64,000 nucleotides of DNA from the human T2T-CHM13v2.0 reference genome, Homo sapiens, in NCBI RefSeq assembly GCF_009914755.1, contig NC_060925.1, one strand, 5' to 3'. Position 1 is the stretch's first letter, and every line of letters begins with the position of its first letter. Under the pieces are notes generated by a model, which did not search any database, was not told the DNA's origin, and was given only the letters and a program-made list of their open reading frames with translations. The translations under genes and the position numbers were made by a program. Positions 1 through 14,679 of the stretch are shown in pieces.

Positions 1-640
1 CATTATTGAAATTTGACAACATTCTCATAGTCTCTGCTTTCTTTTAAGGATTTGGCTATCAAAAATACGGGTAAGTAAAAGGAACCAAGAGAAACTAATG
101 ACCAAATGAATAGTAGTATTTAAAGTCTCAAGTTGCTATGATACAGGCTTCACCGTGACCTGAGTGGATAAATGCTAAACGGGATTTGCTTTCCGGAGAA
201 TCTGGGTGCCTGTTCCACCAATTCTGTTTGTCTCTAGCCTGGTTTTTTTTTGCCTCCTCCCTTTCCCAGCACCATTTATTTTGGGTTCTGAGAAACAGCT
301 TCCTCCCATTACAGGCACCAATTCAATTAGGCAGGAGATAGTGCTGAAGGTTTTTGTTTCCATCAGCTTCTGCTGTGTAGATAGTAGCTCTGTTTGAAAA
401 ACTTTGAGAAGTTGTTGTGATGTGCCTCTTTCTGGGTTCCGATCCCTTCTCAGCCTGGTGATGCCATGGCATTCAAATCAATTTGTTTCTCTTCCCCTCC
501 CCTACCCTACATCCATCATACAAAATGGGGGTGGTTGCACTAATCAGAGATCTGCTTTTTTCCCCCCACAGATATTGGTAAATTATTAAAAAACCATAAA
601 TTTTCTTCTAGATGCTAAGTAACTCTTAACAGTCTTCTGA

Positions 641-1071
<431 letters not shown>

Positions 1072-1208
1072 AAAAAATAACAAGTTTTGAAGCATATTAG
1101 AAATAATCCAACAAAAAATTTATTTTTCTTTAGTCTTCTAAATTAGCAAGTTTTAGGCCACCATGTGGAACTGAACCTTTTTGGAGGTTTAAAATGTCAA
1201 AATACCTT

Positions 1209-1547
<339 letters not shown>

Positions 1548-2814
1548 TCAGTCTTGACTTCATTTACTGTAAGTGCCGAAGCACCAAGTGGGAGGTGGTT
1601 TGGGAAGTATTTCTGATCTAAAGAGGAAACTCCATAAATCACCCATGGTAATGTGTCTCATTAGCAACACTCCAAGTAGATGACCAACATTCCGAGGAGA
1701 TGTTGCTCATTTTCATCCTGCATCTTGGCCTTTGTGCTTACCTGGCCCTAGCTTAGATTTTAAAATTTAAACATTTTTGTTTCTCACTCTTGAAAACTTT
1801 GGTACTCAGATTCTTAAACTCCTCTGTTAAATAGTTTTCAGATTAGCCTAGTATAGCGTTCAAAACTGGAAACCACTGCCAGAATCCTCTAATGTGGGGG
1901 AAAACATGGCTATTATCATTGAATGTGCCTCCAAAACCTATCAAAGTTGGCAGATGTCCATGTGTTTGGCTTGGACCAATTTATAAAACGTTCACATGCT
2001 TATGAAAATTGTTATCTCTGCTATTCAGAATAGTTGAGTATAAAATTGAGCAGAAAAGCATAATAAGAGAAGAAGCTCTGCTATGACTTGCAGTATTTTT
2101 CTTTTGATCACTGAATACTACAAGAAGGATCTTTTGTTTGCGTGTTTGTTTCAAACTTTTCCATGTATAGAGGTGTCTTAGGTGAAGTGACAACTAATGA
2201 CATGTGGAAGTCACTCTCTCTGGTGTTCTGTTTCTTCTATAACTACCCTCCCTTCCTGTCTAAAGAGAGAGGGAATAGCTCCTGAATTAGGTGAAACAAA
2301 TAGTTTTTAATGTATGGTAAAAATAAGTCATTCTTCCTCTGTTGGCAAAATTCATTGTAGGTGCCTTTCAGTGTAGTTCTGCAAATGTTTTTTCCATTAG
2401 TTGGAGTAGAAAAGAGATGAAGGATTATCAGTTGTCAGGTATATTTTGCTTCTACCAAAGATGATACATAAATATGAAATATTTGCAGAACAAGCTGCAA
2501 AACCACTAGGTCCTAGAAATAAAATTCTGATGGTTAATGCATTTACTTTATAATATGACCACTTTTTCCTTTTAACATTTTCCCCAGTATGTCCTTAGTG
2601 CCTTTCCTGGAAATACCAAAAGGCAAACATCCCACTTTAATAGAAGTGATAATTGTAGTACACATTCTTAAGAGAATGCCTCCTTATGCCTACATTTTTA
2701 TTGAGGGCTTTGTCTACATACATCCAGAGTCAACTTAACTTTTGGACCCAATTAACTGATTGGCCTGATGAATTTAATTAAAATAGGGGAAGTGCTTGTA
2801 CAGAGAGGAACAGC

Positions 2815-3090
2815 ATTAGTATAATGTGGTGGTTAAGATTAACAAGATTGATTTGACTTGATAATTAATTAATTTGATTAACAAGATAATTTAGTGTCAG
2901 GCGGAGACCTAGGTTCAAATCCTTACTATAGATGACCTTGGTTTTAAACTCTTTAAGTCTCATTTTTTCCCCATCCATTAAGATGTCATAAAAACACTGA
3001 CCCCAGAAGGTAGTGAGAACTGGGGAGATAAGTTAGGGAAGTGCTCAGCACAACACTTGGGCCAGTCACTGATGGACGGTAGTACCTTTT
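2815..3090 (+). mobile_element. MIR SINE fragment
   Basis: gtggtggttaaga...ctaggttcaaatcct...gaccttgg...agtctcatttt resembles the MIR core. Confidence 0.6.
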
Positions 3091-3339
3091 GTTATTTTCT
3101 AGTATTTTTAAAGTATGTGTTGTCTGAAAGACACCATGTCTCAGATCGCTGTCAGATTTCTTTGAGTGAACAGAGTCACTTCTTTTTCTGAAGACATCAG
3201 TAGTGCAAGCATCATGTCTTTGCCTTGTATTTTGTTCATCTTTTTGCAGTTGGAACGTTTCTCCTTCCCTTATTTATATCAACTTTAGGTCGTGTTAACT
3301 GTCCCTATATTTTAAAAAATAACATTTTATAATTTCCAT

Positions 3340-3560
3340 GCAAACTTAATTAATTTTCACAAAACCCCTGTAAGGTAGGCAAGGTAGATATTAGGTTATA
3401 GAGATAAAGAATTGTAAAACTGGAAAGAAATATGGCCTTGACTTCACCCTATCATTTTGCTGGTAAAGAAGCACCATGTTCAAGGTCCTGTATGTAGGAA
3501 CTGGCAAAGATAACAAAGTAGATCTGAACTCAGTGCCCTTCCCACTATCCCATGCTGATC
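3340..3560 (-). mobile_element. MIR SINE fragment
   Basis: cacaaaacccctgtaaggtagg...atagagataaagaattg...cttcccactatcccatgctg resembles antisense MIR. Confidence 0.5.
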
Positions 3561-5684
3561 ACTTTTCTTTTTAATTAAACTGCCCTGTTCCTGGCCTTCC
3601 ATTGACAGGTTGCTTACAGCTCTTAATTTCTAGGGTTCTCAAAACTGTTTAATGAGTGTGTCTGGATTAAATCCAGATACTCTGACTATATAGAGCTCTT
3701 TTCATTTTCAAAGATATCTAAGTAAACACAGCATAGAATTCTTCACAAGTTCCTATCAATTTCCCCTTTTGAAAATTATGGCTCTTTTCTGTAGCTTTCT
3801 GAGACATCAATTCTGTGAACCTTTGCTTCTTTCTCTCACCACCTCTTGTTGTATGTTATTCTGACTTCAACTGCCACATTTTAAGTCATGGTAACCAGGA
3901 ATCTATACTGAAATATTTTCATTAATTCTTATTTATTCGGCAGCATGAACAGTTGCAGGGATTCTTGGTGTACATTTGTAAGTTTTCCTTTCCTGTTGTA
4001 TTTTATGGAATGTTAATTTTGCTCAATTGGGATTCCTTTGTCAAAACTGCTGTGATGACAGGGTCTTACGGCATCATGAATGTGTTCCCCTATTAATTAA
4101 TATTATCTTAGCCATATAAGAAAATGACAGGCACATGCAGCTTGTAAGTGAAATGCAACCCAAGGAGCCGGAAGTCTTTCACCTAAACCTTAATTTTGTT
4201 CAATCGTTTGTATTTCAAGGTCTAGTCTGTAATTTATTCCCATAAACAATGTTGTTCTCCTGACCTTTCTTGTGTACCCTCCTCTGTCTGTATATTATCA
4301 TTTTCCTTATTTTTGTCTATATTGTGTCACTAAGAGTTAAGACATTTTAAAATGTAATTTGGCTACCTCATCCATTTTATCTGCATTTAAATTGTGTTTG
4401 AAAATTTTACTTTTGCAGATTTATAAATTTTTTTATCCCCTTACAGTTTTAGCCTATTCAAAGGGGATACTTATTTTTTGTAAATGTTTTATAATAAATT
4501 TACCATTTTGTGAAAAACAGTGAAAATTTACATACTTTTTAGAACCACAAGAAATATCTCTTTTAAAAGCTACTTTTTAATAATGTCATTTTGGAGGCTA
4601 GAAATTCAATTTCACTTTTTATTAACTTAGTTCTTGTGTGAGAAAGAAATGTGACGTATAAAGAAAGCAGAGTAAAATACTATAACCGTTTTAAATCAGT
4701 CTGGATTTTCTTACAGAGTAACTGAATTTTTCTGTACCATAGATTTGATCTTTTTAGTCAGACTTTGCTTTATTTCTCTACAGATGAATTCAGAATCCAC
4801 TAATGTTGTTTGCAAAGTATATTTTAAACTCTGTAATTAACATGTTTACAAGTTTTTAATTTTACAAAGAAAATTAAAAGTCAGTTTGCTTTGTAGGTAT
4901 GTTTGTTCTTGTCTTATGTGTAGGTGCTTTATATGTGTTTTAAACAGAGTTTAATGGTATCTTCTGAGAAAATTATAGCTTTAGTGTGCTACTGAAAACC
5001 TCAAGTAGGGAATCAATACCTAAAATTTGATTTGGATAAGAAATTTGTATAAACTTTATAAAGGATTTTTGCAGGGCAAAAATTTGCATCCTCATGCCCA
5101 ATATTCTGCCTTACTTAGTAAATTCCTAGGTCATGGCTATGGAGCTCCTAATTAAGTTAAAGAAATCTTCACTTGAACCAGCTAAAAGCTGGTTTAAGAT
5201 AAATTTGGAAAATGTCTAGAATTGATAATATATTTTCTTTTAGTTTTCTCTGCTACTCTTAAGGGTACATGTAAATACATTTCTTAGCGTAGAGCAAATG
5301 TTGCATGCAATATGACTGGCCAGTGGCATTTTATTTCAAAGATCTCATGCTAATATATAGGAGACTATATATTATTTTTTTTTGTATCAGCATGTTTAAT
5401 TTTTTTAAGGTTAACTGTGTGCAAATGCATATTTGCTGTCCAAACTAGTTAATGGGCTTACAACTGAAGGGTGTAAATTCTAGTATCTGTATTCTCCAGC
5501 TTGAAGCAGTGTTGTCTGAAGCCTGAAACGGCTGATGTTAATCTTCAGCTTATTTTGTTGATATCCAAAAATTAACTTGAAGTAGAATAAAATGTGATGT
5601 AAATCGACTTCTCTGCATACTCATAACAGTGTCAATAGTTAAAAAATAAAGTCTATATAGGTCACACTGTTTAAAACCTTAAAG

Positions 5685-5686
<2 letters not shown>

Positions 5687-5731
<45 letters not shown>

Positions 5732-5746
5732 CGCTGTGTGTGTGTG
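5687..5746. repeat. Compound (GT)n(GC)n(TG)n microsatellite
   Basis: Directly visible alternating purine-pyrimidine run. Confidence 0.97.
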
Positions 5747-6018
5747 ATGCATATGTATTTGTGTTTAATTAAACAGAGGGAATTGCTGGCTTTTAATCAA
5801 GTTGATGAATTTTGAATTTCCACTTCAGTGATGGCTCTACCTTAAATTCATTTGGCTGATGTGATAGCAGTATTCGGAATGCAACGAAGAGATAAGAGTT
5901 TGGACCCCATATTTATAATATTCCAGAAGAATTTCATTATGTAATGGCTAGAAACTCAGATTTCCCACAGAGTTGTAGAGTGTGCAGTTTGGCATGCTTA
6001 TTTACTACTCTGGTTCTT

Positions 6019-6318
6019 TTTTTTTTTTTTTTTTTTTTGAGACGGAGTCTCTCTGTGTCACGCAGGCTGGTGTGCAGTGGCGTGATCTCGGCTCACTGCA
6101 ACCTTTGCCTCCTGGGTTCAAGCGATTCTTCTGCCTCAGCCTCCTGAGTAGCTGGGATTACAGGCGCCTGCCACCACATCCAGCTTATTTTTCTATTTTT
6201 AGTAGAGATGGGATTTCACTGAGTTGGCCAGGCTGGTTTCGAACTCCTGACCTTGCGATCCACTTACCTCTGCCTCCCAAAGTGCTGGGATTACAAGCGT
6301 GAGCCACCGCACCCGGCC
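6019..6318 (-). mobile_element. Alu (AluS-like)
   Basis: Poly-T followed by antisense Alu; 15-bp TSD actactctggttctt at 6004-6018 and 6319-6333. Confidence 0.96.
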
Positions 6319-6481
6319 ACTACTCTGGTTCTTAATAGTGAAAGATTTATACCTCAAAAACACTCTGTAGATAAAGAAGGATTCAAATATGATTCTCTTA
6401 ATATTGCATGGTTTGGCTAAGAAACCTTGTTATTATTCAAGTTACTGTGAGTCAAGGGCTTGCTTAGAAACAGCAGACGTA

Positions 6482-6897
<416 letters not shown>

Positions 6898-8114
6898 TCA
6901 TTAACCCATTTTAAGACATTTTCAGGCAACTTGTGAAGCTTCAAAGGTCAAACTGACCAACATTTAATTCATCACAGAAAAAAAATTCTGGGAGAAGAAA
7001 AAAGAAAACTTGACCTTCACGGTTTAACAAGTTTTCTTAAAATGTCTTTATACAATCTTGATAGAGTTCTTTGCTAACATGATTCATCTTCCAATCTATG
7101 CAAATCAGACTTTTAAATCATACTTGGTTTTATATAAGGGCTTCCTTCTGATTGACTTTGGAGCAGGTAACACAGAGCTCTTGATGGCAGTGCCTTGCTG
7201 TGTGTTCTGTTATGGTGACAGAGAGAGCACCCCCTGCAAGGGTGATTTAGTGTGAAAGTACTAGGGTCTTTGACTGAGAAGTCACCAAAAATCAATGGCT
7301 GTATTGTTTTGAATGTTATCTGGGCTTGCAACTGAGAATAGGACCTGGGGGTTTTACTCTTTTTATTCCTTTTCATTCGTTCTTCACTCTCTATCTGAAT
7401 TGCAGTCGTGGTCCTCTGGCAGGCAGCGTCTGTATGCGACCGGAAGGCAGTGCTGAATAGTGGGGTGATGTTGGCAGAGCACTTTCCAGGCATGCTAGCA
7501 CCTAGCGCACAAGCAGAGAACTTTGCTTCTGCCAACTGTGACTTCAGAACCCAGGTCTGTTCCTGAACCTGGATGCCCAGCTGTCAGTGTGTCGCCATAT
7601 GTCACCAGCACATGGCACCCTAATTAAAATTTCAAATTGCATGCATTTGTGTTTGCTGGCTGGCTTGCTTAAAAGGCAGAGACCTCACCACCCCGGCTTG
7701 CCCCCCTCCTTCATCACTCTGAAGTATTATGTTTGCCATCCTTAGGAATGAGTTGGAAAACGGCCTTTGCCCACTAAAAAATCATCACTCTCCAATTCTC
7801 TCACCTCCCATTTTGAAATAGGAATAGTCCTTATTTTAAGGGAGAAGGAGTGGTGTGAAGAAACGTGGCTGGTACCCTTCAGTAGAATTCTAAAGACCAG
7901 AAATGTGGTTCTCGTGTTTCCAGTGGTTCATACAGATCACTCTTCAATGCTGTCCTCTCTTTGTGAATATGTTTAGCTCTTTTTATGTTTACATTTGAAA
8001 TTTTAAAATAGGATTAGATGGAGCATTCTTGGAAAACAGTAACAACAAAATTTAATGAAGTAGGTCCCTTCGTGCAAAGCAAAAAAGACATACTGCTGGT
8101 TGAGGATATCTGTT

Positions 8115-8340
8115 AATAGCTACCATTTATTGATCATTTACAAAATGCTAAGGAAAAATGCAAGTCGATTTACCTGTGTTGCCTCATTTGATTCTCACAC
8201 CACTTCTATTCTGTGGCAACTGCTAACACTCTCATTTTAGAGATGAGCATACCATGGCTTATGTAGCATTTCCAATCTTATGTACCGTATCTCGTGAGTA
8301 GTAGACATGAAATTTGAACTCAGATCCGTTTGACTTGAGA
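8115..8340 (-). mobile_element. MIR SINE
   Basis: atagctaccatttattga...ctcatttgattctcac...cattttagagatgag...tttgaactcagatc. Confidence 0.7.
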
Positions 8341-8352
8341 TTGTATATACTA

Positions 8353-8859
<507 letters not shown>

Positions 8860-8937
8860 CTAGAATTATGCAATTCCCTATTGACCCTTAGTCACCATTT
8901 GCAGTGATGACAAACTGGGGTATTTTAAATGACAGCA

Positions 8938-9160
8938 GGAGGCAGTGCAGTCATTAGCAGCATGGACTCTGGAGCCCAGTTGCTGCTTTAGATCTCAGCT
9001 CCCCTTTGACTAGCGTCATGATCTTGTGCAAATCACTTGACCGCTCAGTGCCTCAGTTTCCTCATCTGTATGGGATAATAATATTATGAGTTAATCCATG
9101 TAAAACACTTAGAATCTTCCTCCTGGACTATTGAAAGTACCCATTAGAGGTTAGCTAAAA
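8938..9160 (+). mobile_element. MIR SINE
   Basis: gcatggactctggagccc...aatcacttgaccgctcagtgcctcagtttcctcatctgta, a canonical MIR core. Confidence 0.8.
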
Positions 9161-12100
9161 TTAATCAACACATTTTTAGACTTCACACAGAAAAAAAAAG
9201 AAATTAAGGAAGATTAATTGATCCATTCTTTAGAAAATTCTGATACTAAACACTGGCCTTTATATAGCATCTGATTAATTAAAATGAGTCACCCTCTTGA
9301 TTTGATCTGCCAGTCAACAATTGCTGATGGAGCTTCTGCTATAAAATGATGTATACATTCTCCAAAATAAAAAACAGTATCATAAACCTTAAAAAGGTAC
9401 CAGTCATGTTGGGTAGACAAGACATATCTACTTAGGTTCCACAAGTGCTCTAGAGTTGTTTACCTATTCAGTCCAGTGAATTATCACAACCACATAATTA
9501 AATGTGTATTCATCCCCAAGTAATGACAGAAAAGATGAAGAAAACCTAAACAAACCAAAAAACCTCCAGAAATTTTAACAATGTGTATAATGCTAATAAT
9601 ATTTCTAACTGTGATAATAGCAGTAATAGAAGGTAGTAGTACTCATTTAAGTGGCTTCTGTTATGGCTGTAGACAAGTTATTTACACATTTAGCAAAGTT
9701 ATGAAATTCTGTCATCTATAATCTTTTCATGTATGAATGATTCCTTTCTTATAAAACTCCCATTTATTCTGTAGGGTTGCTGAAACACAGCAAAGTGTAA
9801 AAGGGAAAACAACGACTCCCTCTACGTTTTATTTTAAAATAGAAAATTCTGATGGGAATCTGCAATATAAGCCAAGATATGTAGTAAGATCTCACATACT
9901 TTCTCAGATTTGGCTTTTTTGTTGTTGTTACCTTAAGTATCACATACCCTGATAGCGTAAAGAATCAGTATCTTTTATCCTATCTATGGAAAATATAATG
10001 ATTGTTGATAATTTTATGAGCCATTGTACTAATTTTAATCGACACATCCGCTCCTCTATAGCACACTTCCTTGAGATAAAACTGGCTAATAGTATCAACT
10101 GACCTGTTTTCTGTTTTTTCATTGAACTTTAAAATGTAATTCTTTTTCTTTTTCTGGTGCTCAAAGAGATACATTTGTTTGAGTCCTTGTGTATTTTATG
10201 TATCACATTAAGAAAATTATAAAGAACTTAAAAGCTTAAGGCAAACTTTAAAAAGTGTCTTGTCAGGTTAGATTTCTCTTTCCTTTCAACTAAAAAACAA
10301 AAAAAAAAAAGGAAAAAGGAAATAAGGGAAGGAGGAAGGGGTGGGGGCCATCAGGTGGTAAAAGCCTGTTTAATGTAACATCAGTTGTGGAGAAAATATT
10401 AGGTTCAATTACATAAGGATTGTGTGAGAGGGAGCACCTTGAGAAGCATAATTTAATTAGAATGAATTTATGAGCGAGAGGTCCTGAGCTATTAGACAAA
10501 GCGAAGGCAGTGGTGTGCTCTCCTTTCACGAGAGCATTTTAATGAGTTTCCATACAAAGTATTTCAGGTAAAAGATTTGTAGCAAGTGTGAATAGAAATG
10601 TAGCTCCAAATAAAAACTGTCAAATAGCTCTAGTAGCAATTTCTGGGCTAAGAGTATTTAATAAAGTATGCTGACATTGTTATTTCTTGATGATTTTATT
10701 GAACAACTATCGTGTAAGAAAATCTTAAAAAAAAAACACTCAGATTCCAATGTGTTCTTTAATTTGCCATTAAAAATTGAACTGCAGGGCTGGCCTTGCT
10801 TGACTTCCAATTTGGGCAGGTGTTAGATTGTGACTTACATAACATTGCAAACTCATCCATTGCCCTGATATTCCAGAAGGATAGGTGCCAATGGTAACTT
10901 AAGATTGAGATTTCACCTTTATGGCTTGCTTCCTATTTCTGGTAAGAGGGAATTAAAGCGTTATCTCCCTATAGTGTAATTATGGTCATAAACTTGATTA
11001 GAGTTCTTTAAATAAAATCCAACTAGGAAAAAGGCAGGAAAACACTGTGGTCAATTTTGGGGAAGGAGGATGGAATACAGGCATGACCTTCACCTTGGTC
11101 AAAATATGTTCCCTAAGACTCTGGGAAGTCTTGTATATATAAGATTCATATGGCAGGGTTTTTAAAAAGTTGACAGGAGAGTACATCCTTGTTTAAGGAT
11201 TTATTTGTGTATGATCCTCACAAGGTACATTTTTGAGATTTATTGCAAATAATTCTGTTAATCCTTTCCTAGATATTCTGACATGCCAGGTGGTTAAAGA
11301 AGGATGATACATACCAGGTCTATAGAAATATCATAAATTATTACACAGTAATATAAGTATTTTTGTCATCCATGACTAACTTTTAAAATGGCAAAATTAT
11401 AAATATCTGTAAAGTCTATGCGCAGTTGTTACTGATTATTGTGGCAATAATACATAAAGAACATGTTTTTTGTTTTATTTTCCACCCTTATGTTTTATTT
11501 ATAAAACAAAAATTTATATTTGCACAGGAGGAGAATTAGCAGGATGTAAAATAAAAATGAAAGACCCCAATGGGGAGAATATTTTAAATGTCTTGCAGGG
11601 AGTGGAAGAAAGCTTTGCTTAAAAATGTCACCATATGCTAACTATATACAGCACTTCAAGTTTATTTATTGTTAAAGCCTCATGTAAATCACGTCATTCT
11701 GAAAATCATGGAAACTGCACATTTGTGCATTAAACTATGTAAACAACAAAAACTGGTCATCCGTCCAATTGTTGCTTCACTTATTTTGAATTATAGTGCA
11801 ATTTTGTGGAGGGTGAAATGGGGATTACACAATATAGCGATTTCCTGTTAACACCTACATTTTTGCTGATCAAGCAAGGTCTGTTGGTGCGAGAGCTTAA
11901 CCTTTATTTTATTTCCAAATGTGTTTTTTATTCCGAGTCCCGTTGGTGTCTATGGTTTCACTTTTCTCCATGAGCCACATGTTAAAGCCTGCCCTGACTA
12001 AATGAAGGAGTGTAAGCAGTGGGATAGACATTGCAGGCAGGCGAAACTGGGATAAGCCCCAGAATCTTTTGAACCTATCAGTAATATTACTAACAGGGAG

Positions 12101-13829
12101 AAAGTATAAAAGTGAGCGCTTCAAGTGCTCTAGTGTACATGTCAAAATTAAAGCACGAGTTCCACGGGATGGCTCACCACCCTCCCTTATTTATAAAACA
12201 GAAGTATCTTTTGAACCCGCTGTGCCCTCCTCCCCCTTTTCTATGCCTGTTTTTCTGCCTGGGTTGCCTGGTTTTTGCTCTGCTTGTTGAAACCCTGCTC
12301 ATCCTTCAGGCTGCCTCAAAACTTTTGTGGAAGAAGGTAGGGAACACATATCTCTTCTTTTGTCCAGCCTTCCTTGATTAGCCTTCTTCCTCTCCCTTCT
12401 ACCCATTGTACATGGTTTCTGTTGCCATGTAGTGGTTAAATCTGGTTTACGTTGTAGTTGTTTGTGTGTAAGGAGGTCTCCTACACCGGGCCATGTTTTC
12501 TTAAACACTGGGATGGTGTTTTCTTAGTGCTTGTGATGTTCTTTGTAACAGTGGGTGCCCTATAACTTTTGTTTGGACTGAATTAAAGAAAAAAAAGAAA
12601 TCGACTTTAGTAGGAGCCGGCCTTTGAGTGATAAAGATACATTGAGGGAACTCTGTACATCCCCAAGATCGTGGCCAGTTGCCAGGCTCCATTTGGATTA
12701 TGGGAGAGCTTAACCCCATATTTCAGGGCAGATATTTAGGTGTGTGTATGAGCTGTAGTTGGTGAATACTCATTTTTGACCAAAGAAGATACTGGTTTGT
12801 TTTCCAGGTGTTGCTGTGACTTCCGTTTCTGTAAATTCCGTGGGATGTATTTTGCCACCAACTGCCTAGCAGTTTATGAAATGGTGAACTGGACGGGGGC
12901 CTTTCTGCATCCACATTGCTCTCATTAAAGTGACCCCTGCTTTCCTCTGGCCCTCTTGAAGTGTATCTAGTTTAGAACTTCTTATTAGTCTGTGGTCTTA
13001 AGATCTTTGTCATCTTAGGCATAGGCTCAAAGGAATTAAACTTGGGTTTTGATTAGTGAACTTGAGCCAGTTAGCTGGTGGACTGGATGTTATTCAGGCA
13101 TAAACTTACTCCTATGTAGTTTCTAGAAGGTTGGCCTGGGCCACAGAACTTTCTATAGAATATCTCATCCATGCATCTATTTGGATTTAGAGCATGGATG
13201 TAAATGACCCTAAAGGTAGTACCTAATGTGAGATGCAGCAGGAGGGACCTTTATATTTTTTTATTTTTTATTTTATTTTTTTTAAGAAACAGCCTTTTCT
13301 ATGCAATCCTGGATGGTTACGTAAGTTCCATTTTATTTGTATCTATATTCCTTATAAAGACAAAGCAGCAAAAATGCACTAAAATTAGATTTAATTTCCA
13401 GCTGTGGGTATTTGTATTATGTCTGCCTTAGTCCACCTTCTGCCCCCCCCACCCTTGGGTTGATGTGGTTACTGAAGATAGTGAGGCTATCTGGAGATTG
13501 GACATTGACCTTCACTATAGAACAAACTCAACTGTTCTTATCTACCAGGGATGGTGAGTTGAAGACACCTGTAGTCTATGATTAGTTTATTGTGTGAGCA
13601 TTTTTCTGACATATGCTGAGTGATATTGAAAACATTTAGGTAGAGCTTTTTTCTCTAAAAACCTGCTCATTCATTCACTCCATGACTTTTTACTTGGCAC
13701 CCACCATTCTAGGCACTGGGATTGTATTCTGTTGGCCCAAACATACTTCACTTTGTTGAGAAGGTTTAGCATAGGACTAGGAACATGCTAGTATACACTG
13801 ATGGATTTAAAGCCCATTGCCAATTATAA

Positions 13830-14035
13830 ATTCATTTTCACTATCAATTAGGTACTTAATGGCTATCCTATAAGGTAATACTATTATTATCTATCTCCAT
13901 TTTACAAATGAGGAAACTGAAGCACAAAGAAGTGGATCAGTTTATCGAAGGCCATACTGCTAGGATATTTTATAGAAATGCGTTTTGAACCGAGGTTGTC
14001 TTAATTCCCAAGTCTGTACTCTTAATATTATACTA
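13830..14035 (-). mobile_element. MIR SINE
   Basis: ctccattttacaaatgaggaaactgaagcac, antisense MIR core. Confidence 0.75.
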
Positions 14036-14303
14036 AGTTGCCTGAGAATTTTAGCAAGACTTAGCCTAAATGATGTAGAGCATCTCAATTTCTGTGCAGG
14101 TCCATTTAACAGATTTTCTTGATTCAAGAGGTGTTTCATCATAACTCAATTGTCTTAGCAGTTGTATAAAAAGCTAGCTCTCAGAGATGGGGCTTTCTCA
14201 TAGGCATAGCAGTAATTATGTCAACATAGAGAAACTTCTAGAATCGAGCAAATCTGGTGCTCCTGGCTGTGGCCTAGCACTCGGTCCAGTGTCTTCATAT
14301 TAA

Positions 14304-14433
14304 CCCATTTATGCTGGAGGTTGCAATTTTTTGAATTTTTGCAATCAGACCTTGGCGATGATCTTGAGCAGTAGGATATAAATAACTTCCACATCCTTAG
14401 TGTTCCAATAATGGAACACTAGGCATAAATATG
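14304..14433 (-). mobile_element. MER85, non-autonomous piggyBac (PGBD3-derived) MITE
   Basis: TTAA at 14300-14303 and 14434-14437; termini cccatttatgc.../...gcataaatatg; body matches the reverse complement of the recalled MER85 consensus, including palindrome gttccaataatggaac (14402-14417). Confidence 0.92.
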
Positions 14434-14679
14434 TTAAAAAGTGAAAGTAGGAAGTCAGAAAGTTGTGAGACTGGGCAGAGTTCAAACACTTGGTTATCCA
14501 ACGAGACAGGACCAGAGAGGTTTGTTGAATTGAGCGGACGAGAACTTCAACAGGCTCACGTTTAGTCCAGTCAGTGTTTCAGCACTGACACAGGTTACCA
14601 TGTTTTACCTTGATTCACAGTTTCACAGTAGTCAGCAAATGCCCTACACTGAGGTTTTACTCTTTTTATTTTGCAGCCC

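Noticed and set aside
5172-5198. 12-bp hairpin cttgaaccagct-aaa-agctggtttaag
   Set aside because: Too short for a pre-miRNA; isolated hairpins like this are expected in 64 kb
7113-7535. 140-aa minus-strand ORF
   Set aside because: Non-ATG start, no recognisable domain, no supporting splice structure; its length is compatible with chance
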